Of a DNA stretch of 64,000 nt, positions 60,199 through 64,000 are shown one piece after another. Position 1 is the first letter of the stretch; every line of letters begins with the position of its first letter. Under the pieces are notes generated by a model. It saw nothing but the letters and a program-made list of their open reading frames with translations. It was not told the origin of the DNA and did not search any database. Source of the stretch: Desulfosudaceae bacterium (GTDB lineage: Bacteria; Desulfobacterota; Desulfobacteria; Desulfobacterales; Desulfosudaceae); contig CAXXDV010000001.1 in NCBI GenBank assembly GCA_963674745.2, positions 2,592,001 through 2,656,000 of the forward strand, in the 5' to 3' direction. Position numbers and translations under genes: made by a program.

Positions 60199-61176
60199 AT
60201 GAAAAAATTTATTATCATAACGACGATAAACGAGAAAACCAGGGCCGTCTGCGAGTTTGAGCGCCGGCCAGGCTGGCACACCATCGTTGTCGGCGACCGG
60301 AAAAGCAAACCCATCAGAAACAGCGAAAGCCTCACTTTTCTTTCATTGGATGATCAACGGAAGCTGGGGTTTCACCTGACAGAAAATCTTCCCCTAAACC
60401 ACTACACCAGAAAAAATATCGGCTACCTGTATGCCATTCGTGAGGGGGCTGATGTGATCTATGATACCGATGATGATAACGTGCCAAATCCTGACTGGAA
60501 GACCGAAGGTTTTACGTGCGAAAACAGCCTTCAATGTCATGACATCTGGATTAATGTGTATCGGTATTTTACCCGGGATTATATCTGGCCGCGAGGCTTC
60601 CCGCTTGATCAGATCAATCAGGATCAGGCGCTGACGGTAGAAAAAACCTTGCCGGTTAAGATAGGTGTCTGGCAGGGGCTGGTCGATAACGACCCGGATG
60701 TGGACGCCATTTATCGGTTGATATTGAACAAACCGGTAAAATTTGACCGTCGAAAAGCGATAGCCCTGCCGGTGAATAGCTTCTGTCCCTTTAATTCTCA
60801 AAATACCCTGTGGTCTAAAGAAGCATTCCCGTTGCTGTACCTTCCGGCAACAACCAGCTTCAGGTTTACGGATATCCTGCGCGGTCTTATCGCACAGAAA
60901 TTGTTATGGGTGTCCGGTATGCACCTGGGGTTTCATCAGGCGACGGTCAGCCAGAACAGAAGTCATCATGATCTAATGAATGATTTCAGAGAAGAAGTCG
61001 AGTGTTATTTAAATACAACAACGATCGTCGATGTTTTGCAGGGAATCGATTTTCCAGGTAATGCCCTCGAAAACCTGTGCCTTGCTTATCAGCGATTGCA
61101 TGCCGGCCGACTGGTAAGTGCGGACGAACTGTTGTTTCTAGATGCATGGCGGAAGGACCTTGAGCAGGTTCTATAA
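60199..61176 (+). CDS. STELLO-like (DUF288) glycosyltransferase
   Basis: IITTIN, VVGDRK, RKNIGYLYAI..IYDTDDDN, WPRGFPL, DPDVDAIYRL. Confidence 0.8.
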   Translation: MKKFIIITTINEKTRAVCEFERRPGWHTIVVGDRKSKPIRNSESLTFLSLDDQRKLGFHLTENLPLNHYTRKNIGYLYAIREGADVIYDTDDDNVPNPDWKTEGFTCENSLQCHDIWINVYRYFTRDYIWPRGFPLDQINQDQALTVEKTLPVKIGVWQGLVDNDPDVDAIYRLILNKPVKFDRRKAIALPVNSFCPFNSQNTLWSKEAFPLLYLPATTSFRFTDILRGLIAQKLLWVSGMHLGFHQATVSQNRSHHDLMNDFREEVECYLNTTTIVDVLQGIDFPGNALENLCLAYQRLHAGRLVSADELLFLDAWRKDLEQVL

Positions 61177-61203
61177 GGCAAAGAAAATCCGGACATTTTT
61201 ATT

Positions 61204-62028
61204 GTGAGCGAAGAAACCATTTACGTATCAGCAGAGAAAAGAGGGCTCGCCTATTGGAAAGACCTTTGGCGGTATCGGGAACTTTTTTACTTTCTGGCCT
61301 GGCGGGATATCCTGGTCCGATACAAGCAGACGATTATCGGGATCGCGTGGGCACTGATCCGGCCGATGTTGATGATGATCGTGTTTACCGTCATCTTCGG
61401 CAAACTGGCGAAGTTGCCGTCCGATAACGCACCGTATGCCATCATGGTTTTTGCCGCCATGCTGCCCTGGCAGTTTTTTTCAACGGCTTTTACCGAGGCC
61501 GGTAACAGCATGGTCGGAAACGCAAGTATGATTTCAAAAATATACTTTCCCAGATTAATCATACCCACCAGTACCGTTATTGTCAGTTTCGTCGATTTTT
61601 TCATCTCTTTTTCCATACTTGTCTGTCTGATGGTATGGTATGGTTTTGTCCCCGGGCCGCGTATTCTGATGCTGCCGTTGTTTATGGTGCTGGCTTTTGC
61701 CGCTTCTCTTGGCGCCGGATTGTGGATCGCCGCGCTTAATGTCAAATACCGGGATTTCCGCATTATCGTTCCATTTGTCGTGCAGATGGGGTTGTATATC
61801 TCGCCGGTGGGTTTCAGCAGTAACATTGTACCGGAAAAGTGGCGCCTGGTTTACTCCATCAATCCCATGGTCGGTGTTATAGACGGTTTCCGCTGGTCCA
61901 TCCTCGGCGGTGATTATCATCTTTACTGGCCCGGTCTCTGGCTGTCCATTGTGCTTGTGGGGATTATCTTTTTCGGCGGATTGTGGTATTTCCGCGAGTC
62001 CGAAAAACAATTCGCGGATGTGATTTAA
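61204..62028 (+). CDS. wzm: Polysaccharide ABC exporter permease (Wzm)
   Basis: LAWRDILVRYKQT, KIYFPR, NPMVGVIDGFR, FADVI. Confidence 0.92.
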   Translation: MSEETIYVSAEKRGLAYWKDLWRYRELFYFLAWRDILVRYKQTIIGIAWALIRPMLMMIVFTVIFGKLAKLPSDNAPYAIMVFAAMLPWQFFSTAFTEAGNSMVGNASMISKIYFPRLIIPTSTVIVSFVDFFISFSILVCLMVWYGFVPGPRILMLPLFMVLAFAASLGAGLWIAALNVKYRDFRIIVPFVVQMGLYISPVGFSSNIVPEKWRLVYSINPMVGVIDGFRWSILGGDYHLYWPGLWLSIVLVGIIFFGGLWYFRESEKQFADVI

Positions 62029-62034
62029 CAGATT

Positions 62035-63312
62035 ATGACGACCGTTATTAAAGTTGACCATCTTTCCAAAAGTTACCTGATCGGGCACCAGAAACGCGTG
62101 CGATACCTGACCTTACGCGATGTTCTGGCCCATAAGGCCCGCGGGATGGCGCAGCGTATCCGTCATCCGCTTTCTCCCAACAAAGAGACGGTTCAGTTGG
62201 AGGAGTTCTGGGCGCTTAAAGACATCAACCTGGAGATTCAGCAGGGGGAACGGGTCGGCATTATAGGGCGAAACGGTGCCGGAAAGTCGACCCTGCTGAA
62301 AATATTGAGCCGTATCACGGAGCCCACCAAAGGCAGATTCATGCTTAATGGCAGGGTGGCCAGCCTTCTGGAGGTGGGCACCGGGTTTCATCCGGAACTT
62401 TCTGGCAGGGAGAATATCTTTCTTAACGGCGCTGTCCTGGGTATGAAAAAACAGGAGATTAAACGGAGATTCGACGAGATCGTCGCTTTTGCCGAGGTAG
62501 AGAAATTTCTGGACACACCGGTTAAACGCTATTCCAGCGGCATGTATGTGCGGCTTGCTTTTGCCGTGGCAGCGCATCTTGAATCCGAAATTTTGATTGT
62601 TGACGAGGTGTTGGCCGTAGGTGACTTGGCGTTTCAGAAAAAGTGCCTGGGGAAAATGGGCGAAGTTGGTGGGGGGGCACGGACGGTATTGTTTGTGAGT
62701 CATAATATGAACTCGATAACAAGCTTATGTGAGCGTTGCTTGTTGCTCGAAGATGGCGATATCATTCGGTATGGGGATACCAAAGATGTTATAGAAACAT
62801 ATCTTGATAGAGATTACTGCTTGTTGAAAAGTGATGTTGAGACTTCCGATTACAGGCGACCGGTCAATCATGGCATTAAAGTGAAAATTAAAAGAGTTAA
62901 ACTGCACCATAATGAGAAAGTAGCCAAATTATCATTGGGCAGTCCTTTTGAAATTGAAATATTTGTGGATGTTTATACCAGAGTTGAGAATATTTCAGTC
63001 GGTTTATCAATTATATCCTTTGATGAAATAAATATTATCGGAAGCACCAGCGCAATAGATCATGGAATTTATCATTTCCTTGAAGTCGGCACATATAAAA
63101 TAAAGGCACGAATGGCTCCTTTTATTCTCGCACCAGGAAAATATAATATTCATATTGATGTGCGCAATGAGTATGAACGTCTTGATTATTTATACGCCTG
63201 CCTCCCCTTTGAGGTTGTTGAGACACGAAAAATTGAAAGCCTGTGGTTCAGGAACAAGGAAGGTTTTTTTAAGTCAGAATTCGAATGGAAGTTTAATAAA
63301 AATACAAGGTGA
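62035..63312 (+). CDS. wzt: Polysaccharide ABC exporter ATPase (Wzt) with C-terminal domain
   Basis: GRNGAGKST, YSSGM, DEVLAVGD, VSH; C-terminal beta domain (LAPGKYNI). Confidence 0.93.
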   Translation: MTTVIKVDHLSKSYLIGHQKRVRYLTLRDVLAHKARGMAQRIRHPLSPNKETVQLEEFWALKDINLEIQQGERVGIIGRNGAGKSTLLKILSRITEPTKGRFMLNGRVASLLEVGTGFHPELSGRENIFLNGAVLGMKKQEIKRRFDEIVAFAEVEKFLDTPVKRYSSGMYVRLAFAVAAHLESEILIVDEVLAVGDLAFQKKCLGKMGEVGGGARTVLFVSHNMNSITSLCERCLLLEDGDIIRYGDTKDVIETYLDRDYCLLKSDVETSDYRRPVNHGIKVKIKRVKLHHNEKVAKLSLGSPFEIEIFVDVYTRVENISVGLSIISFDEINIIGSTSAIDHGIYHFLEVGTYKIKARMAPFILAPGKYNIHIDVRNEYERLDYLYACLPFEVVETRKIESLWFRNKEGFFKSEFEWKFNKNTR

Positions 63313-63386
63313 TAGAATCCAAAGTAATGGAGAAAGTTAAAATTTCAGCGCACATTTTTAACCGTAATGAATAAGGAGTTCGGTGG

Positions 63387-64000
63387 ATGCAAAACATCGA
63401 AACAAATGACAACAGGTCGGAACATAAAACCATCTCTGATATTTTAGATATGCCGTATTTACAGCTTTTCTGTTCACCCGTCTGCAACCTGAATTGTAAA
63501 TATTGCTCCAACCGGAAAAGAAAACAGCAGGGAGAGGGCGAAAATAAAGATTTTAATTTTTTAAAATCGAAGGATTTACACAATTTTATAAAAAATATTC
63601 CGCCTACTCATCTGTATGTAAGCGGTGGAGAGCCTTTAATCCATCCGGGAATCAAAGAGTTTGTCCTTATGGCCGGCGAGTCAGGCCATAAAATTTCATT
63701 TGATACTAATTTTTCACTCTCTCGTAACAGGCTGTACGAGCTATTTACAGCCTGGGATCCTGAATACATAGGCTTTGTAAATATAAGTCATCATTTAGTT
63801 TGCAACATCTCCTTCAAAGACATGGAAAAACGGGTCACGATGCTCAAGGATATGTCATTTCCCCATTTCGTTAAATATGTCGGTGTCCCGGAATTGCGTT
63901 TTGATATTGAGAAATATCTGAACCGGTGGAAAGAAAATAAAACAGGGGCGGCCGTTACGGTCCTGCAAGGAAAATGGAATGGACGTACATTACCTGAAAA
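63387..64000 (+). CDS. Radical SAM protein (runs off window end)
   Basis: AAGGAG RBS, ATG 63387; manual translation CNLNCKYC and SGGEPLIHP; absent from ORF track. Confidence 0.85.
   Translation, partial: MQNIETNDNRSEHKTISDILDMPYLQLFCSPVCNLNCKYCSNRKRKQQGEGENKDFNFLKSKDLHNFIKNIPPTHLYVSGGEPLIHPGIKEFVLMAGESGHKISFDTNFSLSRNRLYELFTAWDPEYIGFVNISHHLVCNISFKDMEKRVTMLKDMSFPHFVKYVGVPELRFDIEKYLNRWKENKTGAAVTVLQGKWNGRTLPE

Overview
Bacterial chromosomal segment in the standard genetic code; gene content (xerC-hslVU-argBDFGH, RnfB-oxidoreductase fusion, CooC, RseC) suggests an anaerobic deltaproteobacterium such as Desulfobacterales (inference). 1-35.3 kb is mostly housekeeping (recN, tag, KamA-family, arg operon, secA, clpSA-aat, rpoH, tRNA-Arg), 43-54 kb is mixed (HtpX/LemA, glgP, PiT), and 54-64 kb begins a surface-glycan cluster. 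The main find is at 37.5-42.9 kb. Three tandem paralogous minus-strand genes, truncated in the ORF track, each have an upstream ATG and a 35-36 aa signal peptide. An in-frame TGA follows at the predicted signal-peptidase site, and 11 nt later comes a near-identical stem-loop (GCTGAC-CGTG[G/A]AT-GTCAGC) with bacterial SECIS geometry. These look like an operon of secreted selenoproteins with selenocysteine at the mature N-terminus, followed by an InlB-B-repeat-like domain carrying one Cys and a four-repeat beta-rich body. I do not recognise this family. The Sec machinery (selABCD) is not in this window, so the call needs outside confirmation.
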